From IMG/VR virus record IMGVR_UViG_3300034116_000748, positions 1 through 41,194 of that record: a stretch of 41,194 nucleotides of DNA; one strand, written 5' to 3'. Made by a program: the position numbers and the translations under genes. Within the stretch, counting starts at the first letter, position 1. Each line of letters opens with the position of its first letter. Shown in pieces: positions 25,310 through 34,004 of the stretch. The notes beneath the pieces are model-generated. The model was not told the DNA's origin. It made no database searches and was given only the letters and a program-made list of their open reading frames with translations. This DNA comes from a virus (lineage: Duplodnaviria > Caudoviricetes).

Positions 25310-25837
25310 TTACGGCGCTGTGCCTTCAGCGTAGATCGCGACACCGATTGATATGCTTGCCGTCGCCGCGAGGCTGTCGGTAACCGTACAGGTTGCGATG
25401 TCCTCCGTGGTCGTGCCGATGGACACGAACCCGGTGAAGCTGGTCGTTGCAGATGTTGACGCGCCGATTGTGAAGTTTGCCAAGTCCAGAACCCACGCAT
25501 AGGTGTAAGGCCCCGTCCCGCCTGTCGGCGTCACCGTCACCGCGTTAGTCGTCGCAGTTCCCGAACCAACACGATCCCCGAATGCGCTTGAAGGCGTTGC
25601 AGAGGCATAGAAGCCTCCCGGCGCTGTCTGGCTCGCAAGCGTTGCGATGCCCGCGACCGCTCCCGTTGCCGTCGCCTGCGCCTGCGCTGCCGCAGCCTGG
25701 GCCTGTGTCACCCCACTGTTGACGTTGTCCGTGAACGTCACGCCGCCCGTGAGATACTTGTACCACTCAGGCGTTAATCGCCCGTCCTTGTCCACGAGCG
25801 GCACGGCCAGCGATGGCGGTTTAGGAGCCCGCGCCAT
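25310..25837 (-). CDS. Tail needle/plug-like protein (gp26 position) with Ig-like C-terminus
   Basis: VPLVDKDGRLTPEWYKYL N-terminus, Ala/Gln coil, TGGTGPYTYAW...CTVTDS Ig-like domain. Confidence 0.65.
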   Translation of the reverse strand: MARAPKPPSLAVPLVDKDGRLTPEWYKYLTGGVTFTDNVNSGVTQAQAAAAQAQATATGAVAGIATLASQTAPGGFYASATPSSAFGDRVGSGTATTNAVTVTPTGGTGPYTYAWVLDLANFTIGASTSATTSFTGFVSIGTTTEDIATCTVTDSLAATASISIGVAIYAEGTAP

Positions 25838-27654
25838 TACAGATCCTCATTTACCAGAACGCCGAGGTAAGCGGCCTTGACCGGATCGGACTTGCGGAAC
25901 TGGAACACCATGCCCGCCAGCTTCGTGCGGCCGCAGCGATGCCAGACAGTGCGCTGGTCATAAACACCCAGCGCGCCTAGCTTGCGGTCGCGCCAGTTTG
26001 TCCACGTATTGCCGCCATCCACTGACGCGCGCATCTGCACGATGGGGTCAGATCCCTGCCCGGTTGCCACGCCAACGCCCTTGGAGCTTTCCAGCCGCAG
26101 CGTCGTGATCGGCAGGCTGTCAGGAACGCCCGACAGGTGCGCCGTGAACTCGCGGACGATCTCCGTCCCCATCGTGGTCGAGGTCGCCATGCTTTCGGAG
26201 GCATAATCCCGGCTTAGTTCGTCAAACTGGCCCGTTCCATCGCAGACGAACACGCGGCCCGCAGCCGTGATGATGTCGGTATAGCGCCACGAGTTTTGCA
26301 GGTTCGTCGCGCGCGTGTGCCATTCCTGCGTCAGCACGTCGAACACCATGCAGGCGCTCGGCGTGCGGTAGCTGATGAAGATGTGGCCACGGTCCTGGTA
26401 CGTCTTGCCGATGATGTTGGCCGCGCCTGCCGATCTCAGCGCCGCGCTGACCCACGGTTCCGAGACGATGGGCGAGCCGCCCTGACCCAGCCGGCGGACG
26501 TTAAACGCCTCGTCCACGAAAAACAGCGAGTTGTCAGCCTTGACGATGCCGTCACGGCACGCGCAGCCCACTTGCTGCGTCATGCCCGCTTGCGCCGCAA
26601 ACGGGTCGGCGCTGTCGCCCGTCTGCGACCAGACTTCAATCGTCTGCGAGCCCAGCAGGTAGTAGAACTCGCCCAGCACACGGCCCGCGACGATGTCGTC
26701 AGGCGAACTCTCAGCCGTGTAGTAGTTCAGCGCCGTGGTCGATTGCAGGTCGAGAACCGAGGTAAACCCGAAACGGTTCTTCCATGTCATCAGCCCGCGC
26801 TGGCCCAGCGTGTCCACACTCGTGAAGACCGAAGCGCCCGCGTCAGATAGCAGGGTCGTAAAGCCCGTGTTCACCGCGCTGTCAGTGTAAGCAACCGTCG
26901 TGTTTGCCGCTGCAAGCGATGTCGTGCCAAACGTGAACGCGCCGTCTGATTTGGTGGCTGTCACATAGCCGATGCGGACGCGCGTCGTCAGAACCGTGGG
27001 CAGAGCAGCCGCCGCCGCCGAGGCGCTGGCATAGCCCGTAGCATTGGCCGGCGCTTCGATTGCCGTGATCGTTCCCCCGCTGTCGATGTCCAGCGCCACC
27101 GCGCCGAACAGTCCGAGCGGCACAACGTCATTGCCCGGCGCCGTACCCGCAGCAACCGCCGTCTTGTTGTAGACCGTTCCAGCTATTGAATAGCTGAACG
27201 CGCCGGTTGCGACGTTTGCAGGCGTGGAGCCTATCGCAAGGTTCGGATCGACCGTGACGCCGTCAGATGCGCGCCTGATATACGTCCCGTCAGACACATA
27301 GGGCTGGCCGTTGAAAAGCCCGAAGCCCTCGGTTTCCGTGAATGCGAAGTCACCACGGTCTGTCCCGCTGATGGTCCCCGTGAGGCTGCTTGTCGTGTTG
27401 GAGCTAGGCACAAACGTCGATAGCGTCGTTCCCTGCGCGATCAGCACATTGCCCGAGGCGTGGCCGTCTGCCTGCCACATCCCTCGGCACGCGCCGGCGA
27501 AGTCGGCACGCTGGAGACTGCCAGGCGCTTCAATGAGAACGTTCTCGCGCTGCGGGTCGTTCGGATGCGGCTCGCGGTAGACGTTGTGGCACTTCTTCTC
27601 GGCAAGCCCCGTGACAACAGCGGAGGCTGCGGAAGTCGCCATTGGCACGCGCAT
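25837..27654 (-). CDS. Tail hub / packaged DNA stabilization protein (P22 gp10-like)
   Basis: YTAESSPDDIV...LLGSQTIEVW...GCACRDG...YQDRGHIF...FDVLTQEWH...SVDGGNTW...GVYDQRTVWHRCG. TGATG-coupled start at 27654. Confidence 0.88.
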   Translation of the reverse strand: MRVPMATSAASAVVTGLAEKKCHNVYREPHPNDPQRENVLIEAPGSLQRADFAGACRGMWQADGHASGNVLIAQGTTLSTFVPSSNTTSSLTGTISGTDRGDFAFTETEGFGLFNGQPYVSDGTYIRRASDGVTVDPNLAIGSTPANVATGAFSYSIAGTVYNKTAVAAGTAPGNDVVPLGLFGAVALDIDSGGTITAIEAPANATGYASASAAAAALPTVLTTRVRIGYVTATKSDGAFTFGTTSLAAANTTVAYTDSAVNTGFTTLLSDAGASVFTSVDTLGQRGLMTWKNRFGFTSVLDLQSTTALNYYTAESSPDDIVAGRVLGEFYYLLGSQTIEVWSQTGDSADPFAAQAGMTQQVGCACRDGIVKADNSLFFVDEAFNVRRLGQGGSPIVSEPWVSAALRSAGAANIIGKTYQDRGHIFISYRTPSACMVFDVLTQEWHTRATNLQNSWRYTDIITAAGRVFVCDGTGQFDELSRDYASESMATSTTMGTEIVREFTAHLSGVPDSLPITTLRLESSKGVGVATGQGSDPIVQMRASVDGGNTWTNWRDRKLGALGVYDQRTVWHRCGRTKLAGMVFQFRKSDPVKAAYLGVLVNEDL

Positions 27655-28010
27655 CAGAAATACTCGGCCCGGGTCGGCTTGTTGAACCGCTCGCCGCTCT
27701 GAACCAGACGCCGCAAGTTGCGTTCGGCTGTCGGCTCGTAAGTCTGCCGGAATGCCGCGCCTGACTCGCCGTCCATGTAGTCGTCTGCCGCGTGGCAGGC
27801 GACATACATAGCCAGATCCTCGAGCATCGATTGCGGACATGCACTGTCGGACCAGTAGGCAATGCCGAGGTCGCGCAGCTTCTCGTTGACGCTGGCAATC
27901 AGCCCCTCGATCAGTGAGCTATCCTCGGCTTCAGCCGTCTCGCCTGCTTGCAGCACCTTGAGCTTTTGCAGCACGCGGTTGCGCAGCTCGGCAAGGGTCG
28001 CGTCAGCCAT
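27654..28010 (-). CDS. Head-to-tail adaptor (P22 gp4-like)
   Basis: ATLAELRNRVLQKLKVLQAGETAEAED... and its position before the gp10-like gene. Confidence 0.72.
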   Translation of the reverse strand: MADATLAELRNRVLQKLKVLQAGETAEAEDSSLIEGLIASVNEKLRDLGIAYWSDSACPQSMLEDLAMYVACHAADDYMDGESGAAFRQTYEPTAERNLRRLVQSGERFNKPTRAEYF

Positions 28011-28344
28011 TGACCACCTCGCCCTCGATCACTTCTAGCGGCTCGCGTGTCGCGCCTTCCAGCGCCGCGCGCAGCCGTTCGATGCCCCAGCGCTTGTCGT
28101 AGTTCGCGCCGAGGTCGTTCAGTTGCTGCTTGATCATGGCGCGTTCGTCCTGTTCCGGGTTGCCTTTCGGCGCCGGGGCATCCTGCGGAACCTCCGTGAA
28201 ATACGGATGGCTCCGCAGCTTGTTGATCTGCCACGGGAGCAAATGCCCCGTTTCGATCATCTGCCCGACCGGGAACGTGACGCCAAAAAGGGCGGTGAAC
28301 TCGTCACCGCCCTCGTCGTCACCCTTCCAGATGAACGCTGACAT
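28003..28344 (-). CDS. Hypothetical protein with C-terminal HeH/Rho-N-like motif
   Basis: FGVTFPVG...KLRSHPYF and QLNDLGANYDKRWGIERLRAAL. Confidence 0.7.
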   Translation of the reverse strand: MSAFIWKGDDEGGDEFTALFGVTFPVGQMIETGHLLPWQINKLRSHPYFTEVPQDAPAPKGNPEQDERAMIKQQLNDLGANYDKRWGIERLRAALEGATREPLEVIEGEVVNG

Positions 28345-28781
28345 TAAGACGTCGTCGCGTCTTCTTGGATGCCGAAGACCGCGAGATACAGAGTACCCGC
28401 AGCGCCGGTAGCAGCGTTCGCAGAGGCCACGCCAGTGATCAGCGTCTTGTCAGTGTATTTGTACCCAAACCCGGCCGTTGCAATCGCTGACGACTGGGTG
28501 CCAGCCTGGCCGACAGTGGACGCCGCAAACAGACGGTCCGCATCGCCAGAGTCGCCAACGTTCAGGGCAAGGGTCGGAGAACCGCCCGTATCCATGTCGG
28601 TTGCTTCAATGGTTGCGTGCAGAAGCCGGAAGTTTTTCGGCACGTAACCGAAATTGATGGTGTCCGACGTCGAAGGAGCCGCAGCGCAAGCCACCTCGAA
28701 ATAGAACGCCTTCAGGTTGTTGGAGAGCCCGTGGGTTGCGACGGGCGTCGTCAGGTAGTTTGTGGCTGAGTACGTAGCCAT
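28344..28781 (-). CDS. Capsid decoration/cement protein
   Basis: 145 aa beta-rich protein right after the MCP: DTINFGYVP...DMDTGGSPTLALNVGDSGDADR. AAGGA RBS. Confidence 0.7.
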   Translation of the reverse strand: MATYSATNYLTTPVATHGLSNNLKAFYFEVACAAAPSTSDTINFGYVPKNFRLLHATIEATDMDTGGSPTLALNVGDSGDADRLFAASTVGQAGTQSSAIATAGFGYKYTDKTLITGVASANAATGAAGTLYLAVFGIQEDATTS

Positions 28782-28807
28782 GTGATGATTTCCTTATTCA
28801 GCTACAA

Positions 28808-29917
28808 TCACGAGTCCGACGCGGCACAGAAGAACGCCGACACCATGCCCTGCTGGACGCCGTTGAAGCAGAGCTTCTTCACGCCAAGCAGTTCCTCGAT
28901 GGCGACGCCAGGGCGGAACGAATAGTCTTTCGTCAAGTCCGTGCGCGGGGTCGGCTCCTGACCCCATGCGATGCCGACAGCCTGCGCGCCGCACAGGAAC
29001 ACCGGACGGACGTCAGCCGAAGAAGCGCCGATGGCGTTCATCGAGTAGGTGCCGTTCGCGGCAACGTCGTCGATTTCAGGCACTTCGCGATGAATGATCC
29101 CGTCATAGAGCAGGTCGCCGTCCTGGAAGATCGGGTTGTCATCCATGCCGTTGCCTTCACGCGAGCGAGCCTCACGGTTCGCCTGCGTCATCGTGGTGTC
29201 GGCCTTCAGATCGCGGAACGTGCGGGATCCGTGAAACGCAACGAAATATTCGCGACCGTCGCCCGTCTTGTAAGGACGGATATGCGGATCAGCGTTTTTC
29301 GCAATGCGCTTCGCCAGCGACATCGACGCGACCGTGCATTTGTCGTTTGTGGTGTCGAGGTTGCCGACAGCGGTTGCCCACGTGGCCGAGTAGTTCGAGC
29401 GCAGGGCGCCGAACAGCAAGCGGTCAGTGTTTGCCGCGTTGAAAGCGTTCCGGTTTGCAGCCGATGACGCCGACATCGTGACAATCGTATCGCCGGTCGT
29501 GACAAGCGACAGCATAGCCGTGATGACATCGTCACGCAGCTTTTCCGCTTCCCATGTCCGCAGCATGTCCTTGGCCGCGCCGAAAAGGTCCAGCTCGGTC
29601 TTGTAGCTGGTGGACTTCGGCACGCGCACCGCGTTACGGCGCCAATCGAGGGAGATGTTGCAGTTGTAGTTGCCAAGTTCTTCCTCGGCGCCGTCCAGCG
29701 TCTGGGAGCCGGTGACGCCGGTTCCTTTCAGCCTGGTGATCAGCGGGATGTTGATCGATTTTCCCGCTTCTTCCGTCATCTCGTACTTGCTGATGATGAT
29801 AGAGTTATTCGTCCGGCCCATGTAGGGCTTGAACCCTGAGTTTCGGACGTACTCTGCGAAATAGTTCGTGACCCACTTCTGACGTTCAGAAGCGGATGCA
29901 AGGGCGACTTCGGCCAT
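28808..29917 (-). CDS. Major capsid protein (N4-gp56/DUF4043 family)
   Basis: FKPYMG...AGKSINIPLITRLKGTGVTGSQTLDGAEEEL...RNAV...NPIFQDG...LCGAQAVGIAW...GVKKLCFN. Confidence 0.9.
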   Translation of the reverse strand: MAEVALASASERQKWVTNYFAEYVRNSGFKPYMGRTNNSIIISKYEMTEEAGKSINIPLITRLKGTGVTGSQTLDGAEEELGNYNCNISLDWRRNAVRVPKSTSYKTELDLFGAAKDMLRTWEAEKLRDDVITAMLSLVTTGDTIVTMSASSAANRNAFNAANTDRLLFGALRSNYSATWATAVGNLDTTNDKCTVASMSLAKRIAKNADPHIRPYKTGDGREYFVAFHGSRTFRDLKADTTMTQANREARSREGNGMDDNPIFQDGDLLYDGIIHREVPEIDDVAANGTYSMNAIGASSADVRPVFLCGAQAVGIAWGQEPTPRTDLTKDYSFRPGVAIEELLGVKKLCFNGVQQGMVSAFFCAASDS

Positions 29918-29920
29918 TGG

Positions 29921-30649
29921 TTATCCTTTGAAGAGATTATCGAAAGCGTTGCCACCCCCAACGGGGACGGTTCCGGCTCTCGCTGCCGCTGGTCTTCCGA
30001 CCACACTCGGCGGGGGTTGCTGTGACGATGGGGCCGGCGAGACGCCTTGGCCCTGAAGTTCAGCCAATACCTGCGCGCGGATCTTCTCGGCTTCGCTCTT
30101 GCGCCAGGCTTCCGGGTCTTGCCCGATCTCTGACATCAGCTTGTGCTGCTTGTGCCATTTCACCACGAAATCATATGGGTGGATCTGGCCTTGCAGTTGC
30201 TGTTGCAGCATCGGGTTCTGACCGACAGCGGCAAGAAACGCCTGTTGCGCCTCGCTCACGATGTCCTCGCCGTGGGCCTGTCGGGCCATCAGCTCGGACG
30301 TGTTGAGGCGTTCATTGAAGGCGATGCGCTGCTGTTCAGCGAGCGCATACTGGATGATCCCCGAAGGGTCAGTCGGTATCTGCTCAGGCTGTTGCGGTTG
30401 CTGGTAGCGTTGGAGTTGGGCTTCGAGTTCGACCCGCTTTGCAGTCTCGGCTTGTCGTTTGTCGCGCTCGTCTAGAAGCGCGGAGATGGGAACGAAACGC
30501 CCTGTTTCTGGATCGCGCGCCCTGCCATCGCTTTGCGGCTCGGGCTCGGGTGCGGCTGGCTTCTCGGCTTCGATGACCTGAGGCGTTGCCTCAGGCGCAG
30601 GCGTTGCCGGTTCTTCAGCGTCCAGAAAGTTCAGCTTCTCATCACTCAT
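29921..30649 (-). CDS. Scaffolding protein
   Basis: Acidic Pro-rich N-terminus, VPISALLDERDKRQ coil, HPYDFVVKW, directly before the MCP. Confidence 0.82.
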   Translation of the reverse strand: MSDEKLNFLDAEEPATPAPEATPQVIEAEKPAAPEPEPQSDGRARDPETGRFVPISALLDERDKRQAETAKRVELEAQLQRYQQPQQPEQIPTDPSGIIQYALAEQQRIAFNERLNTSELMARQAHGEDIVSEAQQAFLAAVGQNPMLQQQLQGQIHPYDFVVKWHKQHKLMSEIGQDPEAWRKSEAEKIRAQVLAELQGQGVSPAPSSQQPPPSVVGRPAAARAGTVPVGGGNAFDNLFKG

Positions 30650-30660
30650 CGTTCGACCTT

Positions 30661-30734
30661 CCCGTAGTCGTCACGCAATCGCCCGTAACAGCGGCGTCCT
30701 GTTTGACGCCCGATTGAGCCCGGCGGCGGCTACG
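30661..30734 (-). promoter_or_regulatory. Structured 5' leader of scaffold/capsid mRNA
   Basis: Closing stem CGTAG/CTACG encloses two CGCCG-N6/8-CGGGCG hairpins, with an alternative GGCGTC/GACGCC stem. Confidence 0.55.
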
Positions 30735-30760
30735 AAAAAACCCGCCTGATCAGGGCGGGT
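30735..30760 (-). terminator. Intrinsic terminator upstream of scaffold leader
   Basis: Minus strand ACCCGCC-ctgatca-GGCGGGT-TTTTT. Confidence 0.75.
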
Positions 30761-30786
30761 CGTTCATCTCTTGAATGTCGGAAGCG

Positions 30787-31248
30787 TTACGCCGCGAGCA
30801 GCAGCAGGATCGCCTCGTCCTCGTCTTCCTGTTCCTGCGCAGCGCGGGCCAATGCCTCGGCGCGTTGCCGGTCGTATTGCTCGAGCGCCGCGACAATCGC
30901 GGCCTGCGTTCTCGCAAAGGCTGCATCCTGGCGCGCGATGATGTCTTGCGCTGCCAGCGGCGGGATTGCCGGCCGTGGCGTTGGCGGTTGCCAATCGTCC
31001 CCGAAGCCTTTGGAGACGGGCTCTGGCTGCTTCTTCTTCTTGCGCTTCTTGTAATAGTAGGGGTCTTCAAAGCCGCCTTGTGAGCGCGACTGGACTTCCT
31101 CAATACCCTGACCTGACAGCGTCGCGGTGAACTCGGACGAGCCCGCAAAGCTGCCAGACATGGCGTTGGGGTCGGTTGCAGTTTCCTGCCCGCCCGCCGC
31201 CTTGAAATAGAGTGCTTTCCAGTAGTCGGACGAAAAGAAATTGGCCAT
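30787..31248 (-). CDS. Hypothetical structural-module protein
   Basis: FFSSDYWKALYF N-terminus, one GSFxG repeat, a poly-Lys patch and C-terminal EDEDEAILLLLAA. Confidence 0.7.
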   Translation of the reverse strand: MANFFSSDYWKALYFKAAGGQETATDPNAMSGSFAGSSEFTATLSGQGIEEVQSRSQGGFEDPYYYKKRKKKKQPEPVSKGFGDDWQPPTPRPAIPPLAAQDIIARQDAAFARTQAAIVAALEQYDRQRAEALARAAQEQEDEDEAILLLLAA

Positions 31249-32036
31249 TAGTCGAGGTCGTAGGTTATGGCGGTTCGATTGCCGTCCGTGTCCACGCTTG
31301 CCACGATGCGGTTTGCGCCGTCAGCCACCGCATTGCGGATCGTGATGGTAGCCGTCCCGCCGCCGCTGATCTTGCCCGCCGTTGCCGCCGTCACCAGACG
31401 CAGCGCCTGCCTCAGCGTGAGGCCCGTCTCAACGTCTTCCTGATCGAGCAGGTAGGACGAGAACCCTTGCGCCTCCAGTGTGATGGCCGGGGCAAATGAA
31501 CCCGACACGGACCCCGTCGCATACCGGATCGCCTCAAAGCTTGCGACACCCGTAAAGGCCCCAAGCATGTGTCCGGTCGCCACCACAGCGCCTGAGAACG
31601 TCGCAGCGCCTGTGAATGATCCAACCGCACCCAGAGCCGCCGTGACGTTGCCTGCGAAGGCTCCAACACCGGCAAATGAGCCGACACCCGAAACAACGAG
31701 CTGACCCGTGCCGGTGAATGTCGCAGCGCCATCGAACGTGCCGACGATATTCCGGCCCGCAGCAATCCCGCCAGACCAGCTTGCAACGCCGATGCTCTCG
31801 GAGTGGCTGGACAGACCGCCAGGCTTCTGAGGCAGCATCCAGCTTGAGGGGTGCAGGTGGCCGCTCGGGATACCCGACTTGGCCGAATAGCCTTGAGCCG
31901 TGAAGATGTTACGGCGCGGCCCAGCCTTGTTGTTATTGCTCTGAAGTGCAGGCGGATAGGCGTTGTTGCTCTGCGTCGCGCCGAAGATACGAACGCCCGC
32001 CGATGCGTCACGGAAGCCATTCTGGAGCAAAGCCAT
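31248..32036 (-). CDS. Putative fibre/shaft protein with 20-aa GxFxGxAxF repeats
   Basis: About 4.5 tandem 20-residue repeats. C-terminal ETGLTLRQALRL...AGKISGGGT...DGNRT. Confidence 0.7.
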   Translation of the reverse strand: MALLQNGFRDASAGVRIFGATQSNNAYPPALQSNNNKAGPRRNIFTAQGYSAKSGIPSGHLHPSSWMLPQKPGGLSSHSESIGVASWSGGIAAGRNIVGTFDGAATFTGTGQLVVSGVGSFAGVGAFAGNVTAALGAVGSFTGAATFSGAVVATGHMLGAFTGVASFEAIRYATGSVSGSFAPAITLEAQGFSSYLLDQEDVETGLTLRQALRLVTAATAGKISGGGTATITIRNAVADGANRIVASVDTDGNRTAITYDLD

Positions 32037-32188
32037 TAGAGCGCATCCGCTGCTTCCTGAAAGCCCGCATTGATCAGGCGCTGTTTAACCAGTTCCGTAT
32101 GCTGCGCAATAAGAAGCGCGGCCAAGGTAAACGGGTTGCCCCGCCAGCTTGCGAAATCGTTAATGATGTCGAGCAGAAATTTATCCAT
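32036..32188 (-). CDS. Hypothetical protein (50 aa), not in ORF track
   Basis: MDKFLLDIINDFASWRGNPFTLAALLIAQHTELVKQRLINAGFQEAADAL fills the gap exactly, with TGATG/TAATG coupling. Confidence 0.7.
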   Translation of the reverse strand: MDKFLLDIINDFASWRGNPFTLAALLIAQHTELVKQRLINAGFQEAADAL

Positions 32189-33084
32189 CAGCCGCCATAT
32201 CCCCAATCAAAATCCACCATGATCGATCCGGCAGAGGTCGTGGCGCCGGTCTGAAACAGCAGAAACTGAATGTTCGCCCCGTCCTTGATTTGCGGCAGCG
32301 ACGGGAAGGCGTTCACGAAGTCCAGCTTGGTATAGAGGCCCGTCGCCGGGACCGGGATAGTCCACAGCGGCCGGCACAGGCCGATGATGACCGTACCCGA
32401 TGCGTGCGCCGTGCCCGCCCAGACCAGCGAGACGATGTCGGACACACCCGTGTCGCCCGCCGCAAGCGGAAGGAACGGGTTGTACTTGTTGGCCGCAGTC
32501 CCAGAGTTGAGCAGTTGACCCACGCCGAGCGAGGCCGTGCTTGTGAATGTGGTAGTCGCACCAGCGCCGCCGCCCGTGTCCAGATAGTTGACAATGCAGG
32601 TCGGCGCGTTGGCGCCTAGCGCCGTGTCAGCCGCCACGAACATTTGAAGACCGGCGCCATTGGCGTAGCGATCACCCGTGCTGCCCGTGTTGGAAATCGC
32701 CGTCATGGTCACGGTCTTTGTGCCCGTGGTCGAAACGTTGGTTCCCGACAAGGGCACATAGCCAACGAGGTCAATCGCCATCAGATACCACGGCGCACCC
32801 GCAGCCGCGACCACTGTCGCGCCAGCCGTCAGGAAGTGCTTCGTCGCTGTCGAGACGTTGCCACCATGATAAAGCGTTCCCTCGCCCCATGTGTCATTGG
32901 TCGCTACGTAGGTGAGGTCCGCTCCCGCAAACGTCGCAGCCGCAGGAAAGCCCGCATGGCCAGCAAGCAGCGTCCAGTGACCAGCCGTTCCGGCAGATGA
33001 AAGGGTTTTGTTGGAATAGACGTTGCCTGTTTTGCCGTTGGTCGTGATCTGGTTGATTAGGTCGTCCTGTGAAGACCAGCCCAT
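32188..33084 (-). CDS. Beta-rich structural protein, paralog B
   Basis: 298 aa, G/T/A-rich. Shares motifs with 33088..33987. Confidence 0.75.
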   Translation of the reverse strand: MGWSSQDDLINQITTNGKTGNVYSNKTLSSAGTAGHWTLLAGHAGFPAAATFAGADLTYVATNDTWGEGTLYHGGNVSTATKHFLTAGATVVAAAGAPWYLMAIDLVGYVPLSGTNVSTTGTKTVTMTAISNTGSTGDRYANGAGLQMFVAADTALGANAPTCIVNYLDTGGGAGATTTFTSTASLGVGQLLNSGTAANKYNPFLPLAAGDTGVSDIVSLVWAGTAHASGTVIIGLCRPLWTIPVPATGLYTKLDFVNAFPSLPQIKDGANIQFLLFQTGATTSAGSIMVDFDWGYGG

Positions 33085-33087
33085 GCG

Positions 33088-33987
33088 TCAGTTCCACGTT
33101 GTTTCAAGAATGCCCGCCAGGATCGACGAGGCGAGGGAGCCAGCGTGACCGGCTGCGAAAAGGTTAAGCACTGCGCCGTCCTTGATCTGGCGCGGCCTGT
33201 GATTGATGACCGAGGCGAACTCGTCGCACGCGCCGTAGCTCTCAAGGTTGCCAGTCGTTGTCCTGCGGCTTTCCTGCGTCACGAAGCACTCAAGGATAGG
33301 CTGCACGATGACCAGCGCCATCAGCCCGCCGCCGCCCGCCGTGAAGGTCACCGACTGAATAGACCGGACGCCGCTGTCACCAGCTTGGAGCGACAGGTAC
33401 GGGTGATAGCTTGTGGCGCTCTGAACGCTTGAGGCCACCACCTGACCGCCACCAGCCACCGCGAAGGTGAAATGGTTTTGGCTTGTCCGTCCTGCCGTGC
33501 CGTCCTGATTGGTATAGCTGAACGTGAACTGGCCCGTGGTCGATGACGCCGACTGACCCACCGCTATGACCCTGCCGCTTGTGTAGCGAGGCAGCGACAC
33601 CGTCTGAATCATGCCCTGCTGTTCGCCTACCGCATCGGTATCCACGAATGGATAGTACATCAGCAGGTCAGCGAGAACGATTTGCTGACGCCCGCTCGTC
33701 GTGCTTGTCGCGCTGCTCGCCGCGCTCATCAGCTTCAGGTTGCGCAGCCATTGCGTTGCAGGCGTTACGGTCGGGACGTAGATGCCGCGCGCTGCATCCA
33801 CATAGGCTGCTTCAAGCGGTGAGGATGCGTAGAAGTTGGCAGTCGGCGCACCCGGAAAGTAGCTGTAATCAATCCATGCGCTCGTCGTCGTGGCCGTCGA
33901 TGAGACAGCCTTGCGGAAGCTGGTGAAGTGGCATTGCCCAGCGTTGTCCGCGTCGGTCCATGCGCGAAGGTTGCGGAAGCCAGCCAT
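33088..33987 (-). CDS. Beta-rich structural protein, paralog A
   Basis: 299 aa. DLLMYYPF, YTNQDGTAG, LSLQAGDSGVRSIQS, PRQIKDGA. Confidence 0.75.
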   Translation of the reverse strand: MAGFRNLRAWTDADNAGQCHFTSFRKAVSSTATTTSAWIDYSYFPGAPTANFYASSPLEAAYVDAARGIYVPTVTPATQWLRNLKLMSAASSATSTTSGRQQIVLADLLMYYPFVDTDAVGEQQGMIQTVSLPRYTSGRVIAVGQSASSTTGQFTFSYTNQDGTAGRTSQNHFTFAVAGGGQVVASSVQSATSYHPYLSLQAGDSGVRSIQSVTFTAGGGGLMALVIVQPILECFVTQESRRTTTGNLESYGACDEFASVINHRPRQIKDGAVLNLFAAGHAGSLASSILAGILETTWN

Positions 33988-34004
33988 GCTGATCTCGCCT
34001 CAAT

